Notes under the pieces: model-generated
Databases searched by the model: none
Seen by the model: the letters and a program-made list of their open reading frames with translations, nothing else
Told to the model about the DNA's origin: nothing
Part shown: piece by piece, positions 18,791 through 27,022 of the stretch
Layout of the letters: each line of letters opens with the position of its first letter
Position numbering within the stretch: the stretch's first letter is position 1
Assembly: GCA_963663275.1 (NCBI GenBank)
Contig: OY760183.1
Location: forward strand, 2,816,001-2,880,000
Origin: Chloroflexota bacterium
GTDB taxonomy: Bacteria; Chloroflexota; UBA11872; VXOZ01
DNA: 64,000 nt
Direction of reading: 5' to 3'
Translations under genes and position numbers: made by a program

Positions 18791-19194
18791 ATTCACAAGC
18801 ACAGGGACATCTCGGCCAAACCGATCAAGAAGTGAAGCGCGCCAGCAAGGGGCGCATCGAAGCCGTGCTGAGCCTGCTCGATACCGGCGAGCGGCAGATC
18901 TACGTGCTGCACGTGCGCCTGTTGCCGCAGGTCCGCACCTTGCGGCGGCGCTTCCGCGAGGTAGACGCCTTGCGGCTGATGGGCTTCACGCCCCGGCCGG
19001 AGTGTCCGTACTTCCCTTACCAGTGCTTCTACGCCGGCTGCTACTACCGTGAACTGGGCGAAGCTTCGGATGAGGCAGCCAAACAGCGTTTCGAGGAAGT
19101 CTTCGATAACGCGCTGGATTCCCTGGCGGAGGCTATCGAACACATCCTGGCCGGGGCCTGGCTGGCGGAGGAAATGGGCCTGCCGTTGAAATAA
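18787..19194 (+). CDS. Hypothetical Cys-containing protein, translationally coupled to the ATPase
   Basis: ATGA overlap with the ATPase stop; typical codon usage; CPYFPYQCFYAGC. Confidence 0.7.
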   Translation: MNSQAQGHLGQTDQEVKRASKGRIEAVLSLLDTGERQIYVLHVRLLPQVRTLRRRFREVDALRLMGFTPRPECPYFPYQCFYAGCYYRELGEASDEAAKQRFEEVFDNALDSLAEAIEHILAGAWLAEEMGLPLK

Positions 19195-19200
19195 CGCGGT

Positions 19201-19785
19201 TCAGGCGGGCACAACCCGGTCAACGTCCAAAACTACGTCCGGGAACGCCTGCGGGGCGATGCGTGCGCCGGCCCCGGCATGGCGCACACGGGCGTATGCG
19301 CCGCCTTCAGGTTCGGTGTAGGCTTCGATGCGGCGGTTCTCCCGCGTGACTATCCACACCTCCGGAATCCCGGCGCGGGCGTAGGCGGAGAGTTTCGCGC
19401 CCCGATCATAGTCAACGCTGGTGTCGGCAACCTCGATTAACAGCAGCACGTCGCCTGGACCGGGGTGCCCTCCCTGGTAGAAGTCGTCCCGCCACCGCAG
19501 CAGCATCACGTCCGGCTGCGGCTCGCTGCGCTTGTTCAGGCGCGTGGGGTTCTGGACGCGCACGATTGCCCGGCCCTGCAATCGAGGCGGCAGCACATTG
19601 GTAAAGCGGTCAACACTGGCGGCGTGCCAGTCGCCAATAGGCGGCATAACGATGAGATCTCCCTCCAGCAGTTCAACCCGATCGTTCTCGGCCAGGATGC
19701 CAATCTTGGCCATTGCGTAGTACTCGGCCACGGTGAACCGGCGGCGGGTCGGCGCTAACGCTGGGGGAGCAACGGTAGTGGCCAT
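19201..19785 (-). CDS. Uma2/DUF820-family endonuclease-like protein
   Basis: RRFTVAEY, RVELLEG, SEPQPD, LLIEVADTS and YARAGIPEVW motifs. Confidence 0.92.
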   Translation of the reverse strand: MATTVAPPALAPTRRRFTVAEYYAMAKIGILAENDRVELLEGDLIVMPPIGDWHAASVDRFTNVLPPRLQGRAIVRVQNPTRLNKRSEPQPDVMLLRWRDDFYQGGHPGPGDVLLLIEVADTSVDYDRGAKLSAYARAGIPEVWIVTRENRRIEAYTEPEGGAYARVRHAGAGARIAPQAFPDVVLDVDRVVPA

Positions 19786-19979
19786 GGCAATCCTGTCAAT
19801 TCGATTCAATGGAATGCTACGCTCTGTGTCGCGCAAACAAGCTGAGCTGAGACGTTGCCAGCCGGTCTCTCTGCGGCGCGCATTCTATGGTAAACAGTAG
19901 CAACGGAAGTTGTCAATTGCCAATCCGCACGCTCGAGGCATCTTGCTGCGCTCGGAATGCCATGAAGTGTCAACCCTAC

Positions 19980-20567
19980 CTAGTACGCGAATTGCGGTTC
20001 CCAGTCGCCCGGGCCGTCCGGCAGGAGAGCGAAGAGGTGCCAGACCCCGCAGTAGAGATCGCCGGGGCCGAAGAAATCCCTTGCTACGCGCATGATCGCG
20101 CCGTCCGGGTCTCTGTGGAAGACGGACACGCCGGGCATGGCGTGCGAGTCGAAGTGCTCTTCTTCTGACGCGAATCCCATGTCCTCGATGAACCTGGAGC
20201 CTTCCGTCGAGTACATGCGAAAGCGCCATCCCCGCTTCATCGCAAAGTCCTTTTGGATGTCCGGGCGGTCAGGCGACACCACCGCAAAGGCCGCCCGGCT
20301 CTCCAAATGATGGAGTACGCCGTTGAACTCGTCGGCCCACAGCGTGCAATAGGGACAACCCGCGCCCATGTTGTGAATCAGTATCAAGTCAGCCATATCG
20401 CCAAACAGCGTGGAAAGCTTTACGCTGCCGTCAGGCCCCTTGAGCGTATAGTCCCTCACCGGCTCCGGGGGCAACCGGCGGCGGAGGGCGGCCACCCGTT
20501 GCTTCGCCTCCTCCAGTTCACTCAACGCCGCGGCAAGCTGAGACTCCACATCCGCTTCGGCTGTCAT
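19980..20567 (-). CDS. DUF899 thioredoxin-like protein
   Basis: RRRLP, L-x-x-LFG, CPYCTLWAD and PGVSVF motifs; ATG 20567 behind AGGAGG. Confidence 0.85.
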   Translation of the reverse strand: MTAEADVESQLAAALSELEEAKQRVAALRRRLPPEPVRDYTLKGPDGSVKLSTLFGDMADLILIHNMGAGCPYCTLWADEFNGVLHHLESRAAFAVVSPDRPDIQKDFAMKRGWRFRMYSTEGSRFIEDMGFASEEEHFDSHAMPGVSVFHRDPDGAIMRVARDFFGPGDLYCGVWHLFALLPDGPGDWEPQFAY

Positions 20568-20700
20568 TGGGCTTCCTCCTTGCTGAGACCGTGCCCGGGT
20601 GCAAACTCCGCCTGGACTGGCGCTACGGCGAATGCGGTGGCTCGCCGCGCGCCTTTGCAAAGCTCATTGCCCGGACGGTAATTACTCTCGACGCCAAGAA

Positions 20701-20763
20701 GCGGGGGACAAGCCCCCGCGCTACGTTTATGCGACAACACGAGAGACAAGCCCCCGCGCTACC
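20701..20763. repeat. GTAG-type REP doublet
   Basis: GCGGGGGACAAGCCCCCGCGCTAC plus a second GACAAGCCCCCGCGCTAC; same family at 23.3-23.5, 33.64 and 33.85-33.92 kb. Confidence 0.85.
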
Positions 20764-20856
20764 GTTCTCCGGCACGCGCGCTTGCGCGGGCAAGCGCGCG
20801 TAAACCGAGTCCGCGCCAAGGTCGGACGAGCGTCCTGAGAGTAATGCGCGCCAGGC

Positions 20857-22797
20857 TTACTTCTTTCCCTTCTCGCTCTGCGCGTTGTAGAGCCCGATAA
20901 CCTCCCGCACTGAGGTCGCGTCTTCGGGGCCGCGGTCTTCACGCACAAAACCGATGACCCTGGGAAAGCGCAGCGCGTAGCCTAAGGCGTCAGATTCCTC
21001 GCTGCGCTCGGAATGACATGCTGTCTTCTCCCGGCTGGCTGTCTCTTTCGGACTGGGCGCCTCGCCCCGGCTGGCTGTCTCTTCCGATCCAGATGTTTCG
21101 CCCCGGCTGGATGTTTCCTTCAAATTGGGTGTCTCATCCGGGCTGGGTGTTTCCCACCTTCTGCCGCACGTGTGGGTAGGGCTGCGCGTAATCTCATCGG
21201 CCTGGATCTCAACCACGTGGGCGGGAACACACCACACGTCCGGCTCGATCTCGGCCTCCACCCGCGCCGGCTTTTCTGCCGCTTTCTCCTTGTCCAGCAG
21301 TTCGCGCATACGCTCCCATTCTTCTTCAGAGAACCCCGTGCCCAGGCGCGAAATCGTCACAAACAGGTCCCGCTCCCGGTCGTACACGCCGAGCAGCAGC
21401 GAGCCGATGCCCAGCTTGGAGCGCGCCCCTTTGCCGTACCAGTAGCCCAGCACGACGCAATCAACCGTATCGGAGAGTTCGCCCTGGTACGAACGCTTCA
21501 TCTTGATCCAGTCGAAACTGCGGCGTCCCGCCTGATAGAGCGAGTCCGGCTTCTTCGCCATCACCCCTTCCAGGCCGTGCTCGATCTTGTCGGCAAAGAA
21601 CGCCTCGATAGCATCAACGCTATCGGTCTCGATGTTCTCCGTAACCCGCAAGACCGGGCCTTCCCGCAGGAAGCCCAGCATTTTCTGCCGCCGCTCCGTA
21701 TAGGGTTGACGGGTCAGATCCACGCCGTCGAGATAGAGCAGGTCGAAGAGAATCAACCGCAGCGGCAGTCTCTCCGCCATTTCGTCGATGTTGTGCTTGC
21801 GCCGCCGCTGGGTCGTCATTTGGAACGGCAGGAACGCGCCGGTTTCCACGTCGTAGGCCAGGGCCTCGGAATCGGCGATGAACGTACGGCCTGCCGCCTG
21901 CTCCCGCACGGCGGCAACCACGTCCGGGAACATGCCGCTGAAGTTTTCCAGGTGGCGCGAGTACATGGTGACGTTCTCGCCGTCGAAGTGCACCTGGCAG
22001 CGGATGCCGTCATACTTTGGCTCCACCGCGCACCGGCCCAGACGCACAACCAGGTCTTCCATCGACTTGACCCGCTCGGACGCCGCCGGAATGACCGGCG
22101 TGCCGACCGCTATGTGTATTTCTCCCAAGCCGACCACGCCGGACCGCCAGTAGACCTTGGCGACCCGCGCCAGGTCGGCGCAAATGCTATAGGCGCGTTC
22201 GATTGGCGCGCGATGTTCTTTGGACCCGGTGCGGGCATAGGAGAGCGCGTCCATCACCGTCGGATCCCCCACGCCCAGCCGCAAGCGCCCCAGGGGGATG
22301 CGCAAGAGATACCGCACTTCCTGCTTCCCCACGTGGCGCAGGAGATCGGCCAGGAGCGAGATTTTCTTGTCAACGGAACCCTCGCCCTCGGTCAGCGCGA
22401 TTTCCGTCAGGCGCTCGAAGACCTCTACGACCGTCAACGCGCCCCGCTCCCGTTCGATGCGCTCTTCCGCCACCGCGCCGTAGTCGCCGATTTCGCCAAA
22501 ACGGCGGCGCACGTCGTCCACAGCCGCGCCAACGCCTCGCGCTACCGCCTCTGCCGTAAGTCGCTCGCCGACGCCAAACTCGATTGGCGCGTAGAGCGGC
22601 GCCACCCGCCCCTGCAAGAGATAGATCACTGTGTCCATCTCCTCCGGACGGGTCTGTGTGAAGAGATCCGCCAGCAACTCCATCATGCGGATGCGGCTGC
22701 GGGTGGCGTCGAGTTCCGCAAAGTATCCGGCCAACTGCTGGAACGTGAGGGTGGATGCCTGGGGCGCAGCCGTGGTGGGGTCAATGGTCGCGGCCAT
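20857..22797 (-). CDS. lig: ATP-dependent DNA ligase (archaeal/ligase I type with DNA-binding domain)
   Basis: EPKYDGIR (motif I), FDLLYLDG, EGVMAK, WIKMK, DCVVLG and ALRFPR motifs; start probably ATG 22797. Confidence 0.93.
   Translation of the reverse strand: MAATIDPTTAAPQASTLTFQQLAGYFAELDATRSRIRMMELLADLFTQTRPEEMDTVIYLLQGRVAPLYAPIEFGVGERLTAEAVARGVGAAVDDVRRRFGEIGDYGAVAEERIERERGALTVVEVFERLTEIALTEGEGSVDKKISLLADLLRHVGKQEVRYLLRIPLGRLRLGVGDPTVMDALSYARTGSKEHRAPIERAYSICADLARVAKVYWRSGVVGLGEIHIAVGTPVIPAASERVKSMEDLVVRLGRCAVEPKYDGIRCQVHFDGENVTMYSRHLENFSGMFPDVVAAVREQAAGRTFIADSEALAYDVETGAFLPFQMTTQRRRKHNIDEMAERLPLRLILFDLLYLDGVDLTRQPYTERRQKMLGFLREGPVLRVTENIETDSVDAIEAFFADKIEHGLEGVMAKKPDSLYQAGRRSFDWIKMKRSYQGELSDTVDCVVLGYWYGKGARSKLGIGSLLLGVYDRERDLFVTISRLGTGFSEEEWERMRELLDKEKAAEKPARVEAEIEPDVWCVPAHVVEIQADEITRSPTHTCGRRWETPSPDETPNLKETSSRGETSGSEETASRGEAPSPKETASREKTACHSERSEESDALGYALRFPRVIGFVREDRGPEDATSVREVIGLYNAQSEKGKK
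20992..21154. repeat. In-frame insertion in ligase: about 7.5 x 18-bp tandem repeats plus one REP half
   Basis: Units start at 21021, 21039, 21057, 21075, 21093, 21111, 21129 and 21147; AGATTCCTCGCTGCGCTCGGAATGACA at 20992-21018. Confidence 0.85.
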
Positions 22798-23236
22798 GAG
22801 GGGGTCTCTCTCCCGGTGGTGGATTGAAGACGACGTGCGAGGTAAGCGGTATTGCCAAGCGCGCCCGGTTAGCGCCGCTCTCAGCCAGGGCATAGAAGGG
22901 CATGAGTGGGACGCAAGCGGAGACTGCGCTTCAGGCTGCCTGGCGGCAGCGGGATCTCCAGCGGAATCATCGCGACACGCCCGGTTGGCGTGAGATTCGC
23001 GCTTGACCCTCGAGTCGAACGCGCCGCGCGGAACGTGGGTAAGGAGGAATGATCACGAAAAAACGAAATGAAACCAAACGCGCGATGAAATCGCCAGGAG
23101 GGCTACGGAGGCCTTCCTCCATAGTTCAACGTATTCTACCACAATTCCGCTTCGACTACCTATGCCGCCGGCAGCGCAGGCCCTTCTCCACGGGCACCCC
23201 AGGCCCCATCCCTCCGGCAGCGCAGGCCCCATTCCT

Positions 23237-23498
23237 CCGGTAGCGCAGGTTTGAAACCTGCGTCCCGCGCCAACGTGCCCGCTCATTCGCCTGCCCCAGC
23301 GGGGGACAAGCCCCAATGCTGTCGCATTAAACACAATGAGAGTGAAAACAACGCTCGTTTCTCCGGTAGCGCAGGTTTGTAACCTGCGTCTTCCGTAAGG
23401 TCAATCCATTCCGTTCTCATTTTTCTTGTTCCGGCGGGGGACAAGCCCCCGCGCTACGTTAATGCGACAGTATTGGGGACAAGCCCCCGCGCTACGTT
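23237..23498. repeat. Composite REP cluster (GTAGCGCAGGTTTG and GGGGACAAGCCCCC units)
   Basis: Two CCGGTAGCGCAGGTTTGWAACCTGCGTC and three GGGGACAAGCCCC units; 23361-23498 is closely repeated at 33781-33919. Confidence 0.85.
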
Positions 23499-23565
23499 CC
23501 TTCCCGGTCAACAGACGCTAGGCGACGAGTCGCAGGAAGGGAGCAGGTCATTGGCCATCGCTCCG

Positions 23566-24435
23566 CTATTCATCTTGAGTCATGAAGTAGTGCGGCACGA
23601 CATCGACCTTTACTTTGCCGAGAATTGGCTCCAGATCCGCTTCGATTTGGCTGATGCCGGTGCTGATGGCGTCCACGTCGCTTTCGTCCGCGTCCAGGAC
23701 CGTGTACCACGTGTACTCGTAGCCGATTTCCCGCCAACGCGGCAGCAGCACGTCAATGTACGTCTCTTCGGGAACCATGATGCCATTATTGAAGTACGGC
23801 GGTTGGTAGAACCAGTACGCTTCACCGGCGTCCAGCGGAGCCCAGCGCCCCACGATCCTCACTTCGATCGGTTCCGGGTCTCCGCCGGGCGTGCGGTAGA
23901 CCAGGACGAGATAGTCGCCTACTTTCGCGCCGATCTCTTCCAGTTTCTCCGTCATCATCACGGCTTCGAAAATGGAGTCACCCGCCTTGGCCGGATTGGC
24001 CAGGCGTCCTTCCACGATACGGACGTGCTTGTCGAAGTCCGCCAAAGAGGAGATGAACCCCCAATCGACGTCCCGGGATGATGACAAGTCCGAGTCGGCG
24101 CCCATCAAGAAAATCGGCATGTGCTCAGTCTGCGCGTAGCGGTTGGTAAGGAGTACTGGTAAGCCGATTGCGCTGGGCGCCTGTAGCCGCAGGTACTCAT
24201 CCGCCTGCCGGTATTGTAGGAGAGAGATGTTGGTCTCGAGTCTCGGCTCGAACTTGCGCACGAGCAGACCGGCGGGCTGCCGCGCCTGGCCGGACTCCGA
24301 TTCGTCCACAGAGGCCTGCGTCGATAGGTCGCTCAACCCGCCGGGAGCGACGGACCCGCAGGAAACCAGTACCGCCATCGCTAACAGTCCGAATACCGTA
24401 GCGAGAAAAGCAGTAGGCTTTGAGCGCGTAAACAT
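23566..24435 (-). CDS. Hypothetical lipoprotein
   Basis: Hydrophobic leader ending in LVSC lipobox; soluble remainder; start ATG 24435 or 24456. Confidence 0.75.
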   Translation of the reverse strand: MFTRSKPTAFLATVFGLLAMAVLVSCGSVAPGGLSDLSTQASVDESESGQARQPAGLLVRKFEPRLETNISLLQYRQADEYLRLQAPSAIGLPVLLTNRYAQTEHMPIFLMGADSDLSSSRDVDWGFISSLADFDKHVRIVEGRLANPAKAGDSIFEAVMMTEKLEEIGAKVGDYLVLVYRTPGGDPEPIEVRIVGRWAPLDAGEAYWFYQPPYFNNGIMVPEETYIDVLLPRWREIGYEYTWYTVLDADESDVDAISTGISQIEADLEPILGKVKVDVVPHYFMTQDE

Positions 24436-24695
24436 GACCGTGCCTTCTTTTGACATCCGGCGACTCTACGTATTTCCCACTGTCAAGATAGCATGGACAG
24501 CCAGAGGGTCAATCATCCGGCGGCTGATTCTTAGGTGAGGTTAAGGCGATTCTTAGCAAGCATTAAGGAATCGTGTGGGCAAGGGCATAAGGAACACGTA
24601 GGAAGGATTGAAGGGAACGCGTCGGCAATAGTGTAGGGAACGAGTGGGCAACAGGTGAGGGAACACCGCCTGCCCCGATTGCGTCGAAACCGTGC

Positions 24696-24810
24696 CCAAG
24701 CCGTTCGCCCTGAGCCAAGTCGAAGGGTGAACGGCTTGGGCGCGGGATTAACGCGACAAGACCTTCAGCAGGTGTAGGGGCACGACATGTCGTGCCCCTA
24801 CACCTGCTGA
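24696..24810. repeat. Two adjacent REP hairpins
   Basis: CCAAGCCGTTCGCCCT...AGGGTGAACGGCTTGG (24696-24739) and a perfect 46-bp palindrome TCAGCAGGTGTAGGGGCACGACA|TGTCGTGCCCCTACACCTGCTGA (24765-24810). Confidence 0.85.
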
Positions 24811-24847
24811 TTGACCGTCTGCGCCGCACTCCTGGCGGCGCTTCCGT

Positions 24848-26227
24848 TTACCGCCCCGCCAGGGCCGCTTGCAGGCGGTCACGCTCCGCGGCCAACGCCG
24901 GGCTCACTGCCACGGGATAGGGCGGCGCGGCGGACGCCAGCGCGTGCAGGCGCGGCGGCAGCGCGTCCTGTTGTTGGCGCGCCCGTTCCCGCGCCGCCGC
25001 CAAGTCGTTGCTTCCCGCCGGCAGGCGTTTGCCCCCGCGCATGACGGGAACCAGCAATGGCGCACCCGCAAGCGCGCTCTCTTCCGCCAGACCGATTACG
25101 TCCCGCGCCATCTCGCCGTTTTCGTAGACGCGGAAGACCTGCTTCCGGCCCGGCAGCGCCGACTTCCCGGCGGCCATTTTAATGCGCCCACGCCCCGCGT
25201 ACGCCACCAGCTTGTAGGCGCAATCCAAGGCCGGCGCGTCGTGGGAGACGCTCATGCGGGTACCCACGCCGTACCCGTCGATTGGCGCGCCTTGACCCAC
25301 CAAGTCCGCAATCGCGTATTCGTCGAGGCTGCCGCTGGCAAAGATCCCCACATCCTCAAGACCGGCGTCGTCCAGGATGCGGCGGGCGGCATGAGCCAGC
25401 GATGCCAGGTCGCCGGAGTCCAGCCGTATCGCCCGCACCCGAAACGCGCCCCCCAGTTCTCGGGCAAGCAAGACGACTTTCGATACGCCCGCCAGCGTAT
25501 CGTACGTATCCACGAGCACAACCGTCTCCGGATAGAGCGCCGTAAACTGCCGGAACGCCTCCAATTCGTCGTCGTGCGCCTGAATATAGCTGTGCGCCAT
25601 GGTGCCTCGCACCGGAATGCCGTAGCGCCGCCCGGCCAGCACGTTTGAGGTGGCGTCCACACCGGCCACGTGGAACGCGCGCGCGCCCTTGATGGCCGCG
25701 TCCGTGCCGTGGGCGCGGCGCGAGCCGAAGTCCACCACGGTAGCGCCCCGCGCCGCGTTCACCACCCGCGCGGCTTTCGACGCCATCAGGGTTTGGAAGT
25801 GCACCTGGTTTATCAGCAGCGTCTCCACCAGTTGCGCCTGCGGCAGCGGCGCGATCACTTCCACCATCGGCTCACCGGGAAAGGCCGCGGTACCCTCCGG
25901 CAGCGCATACACGTCGCCGGTGAAGCGAAAGGCCGCGAGATAATCGAGAAACTCCTGGGAAAAGATCCCGAGACGCGCCAGATAGTCCAACGCCTCACCG
26001 AAAAACGCCAGGCTTTCCACGTAATCGAGCACGTCGGCGAGACCGCAGGCAATCACGTAATTCCACCCCTCCGGCAAGCGGCGTATGAAGAAGTCGAAGA
26101 CCGCCGTCTCCTCCATGCCCTCCCGCGCGTAGGCTTGGAGCATCGTGAGAGCGTAGAGATCGGTGAACAAGGCTGCGTCCGTGTTTTCTTCCCCTTGGCG
26201 CAGCCGGTCTTGTCGATGAGGCGGCAT
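24848..26227 (-). CDS. pncB: Nicotinate phosphoribosyltransferase
   Basis: LFTDLYALTM, DFGSRRAH, GTMAHS, LVDTYD, IRLDSGD and YKLV motifs; ATG 26227 behind AAGGAG. Confidence 0.95.
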   Translation of the reverse strand: MPPHRQDRLRQGEENTDAALFTDLYALTMLQAYAREGMEETAVFDFFIRRLPEGWNYVIACGLADVLDYVESLAFFGEALDYLARLGIFSQEFLDYLAAFRFTGDVYALPEGTAAFPGEPMVEVIAPLPQAQLVETLLINQVHFQTLMASKAARVVNAARGATVVDFGSRRAHGTDAAIKGARAFHVAGVDATSNVLAGRRYGIPVRGTMAHSYIQAHDDELEAFRQFTALYPETVVLVDTYDTLAGVSKVVLLARELGGAFRVRAIRLDSGDLASLAHAARRILDDAGLEDVGIFASGSLDEYAIADLVGQGAPIDGYGVGTRMSVSHDAPALDCAYKLVAYAGRGRIKMAAGKSALPGRKQVFRVYENGEMARDVIGLAEESALAGAPLLVPVMRGGKRLPAGSNDLAAARERARQQQDALPPRLHALASAAPPYPVAVSPALAAERDRLQAALAGR

Positions 26228-26245
26228 TGCCCTACTCCTTAGACG

Positions 26246-26374
26246 GACACCCCTGCGCAATCCCGCGACTCCGTTGGCATAGGGCCACGTCTGCGCCAAC
26301 TCCCCCTCACCCCGGCCCTCTCCCCAGAGAGAGGGAGTCTCTTGGCTAGCCGGCCCGGGTCGCGCAAGGCTCTC
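26246..26374. mobile_element. Degenerate MITE-like element (GAGACC-end family)
   Basis: Imperfect inverted ends GACACCCCTGCGCAATCC / GGGTCGCGCAAGGCTCTC; internal CCCCTCACCCC...CCCTCTCCCC...GAGAGGGAG hairpin like the arms of 48758-49094. Confidence 0.5.
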
Positions 26375-26393
26375 CCGGTTTGAAAGAAATCTC

Positions 26394-27020
26394 CTAGTAG
26401 ATGGTGCTGGCGGCGGGGATGCCGGTGAGGTGATGGGTGTCGTTCCACACGATCAGGGTCGGCAGCGTGTCGCTCCAATCGACGATGGAGAGGCTGGCGT
26501 GCCCAACGGTGACCTGCCAATATCGTTCCAGCGGCAGGTCGAACAGATGGCAAAAGTACATCCGCATACCTCCGCCGTGCATCACGACCGCGACGGTCTC
26601 TCCCTCGTGCCGGTGGACGATGCGCCGCAGCGCCGCCTGCGTGCGCCGGTAGAGAGCGGGACCGTCCTCGGCCCCGGCCGGCGCCCACTCTGGATCGTGC
26701 CGGTGTTTTTCCCAGTCCGCGGTGTTTGCCATGAGTTCCGACAAACGCCGGCCTTCCCACGCCCCATAGCCGCGCTCGCGCAGATCGGCGTCCCGCACCG
26801 CCGTCGCGTCGTGCCGCGCGCCGATTACCCGCGCCGTGTCATAGCTGCGCGCCAGATCGCTGCAGTAGAGGCCGCCGAGGGACTCGCCGGCGAGCCGCTC
26901 CGCCAGCGCCTGCGCTTGGGCCTGGCCTTCCACCGATAGCGGCGGGTCTTGCTGGCCCTGGATGCGTCCCTGGCTGTTCCAGGTCGATTGGCAGTGGCGC
27001 ACGAGCAGAAGTCGTACCAT
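26394..27020 (-). CDS. Histidine phosphatase (phosphoglycerate mutase/CobC-like)
   Basis: LVRHCQS, SDLAR, E-x-x-YGAWEG, VMHGG and NDTHHL motifs. Confidence 0.9.
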   Translation of the reverse strand: MVRLLLVRHCQSTWNSQGRIQGQQDPPLSVEGQAQAQALAERLAGESLGGLYCSDLARSYDTARVIGARHDATAVRDADLRERGYGAWEGRRLSELMANTADWEKHRHDPEWAPAGAEDGPALYRRTQAALRRIVHRHEGETVAVVMHGGGMRMYFCHLFDLPLERYWQVTVGHASLSIVDWSDTLPTLIVWNDTHHLTGIPAASTIY

Positions 27021-27022
27021 GG

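Noticed and set aside
19201-19785. Uma2 protein as a restriction/defence system
   Set aside because: Solitary, with no methylase or partner; this family is commonly expanded as singletons.
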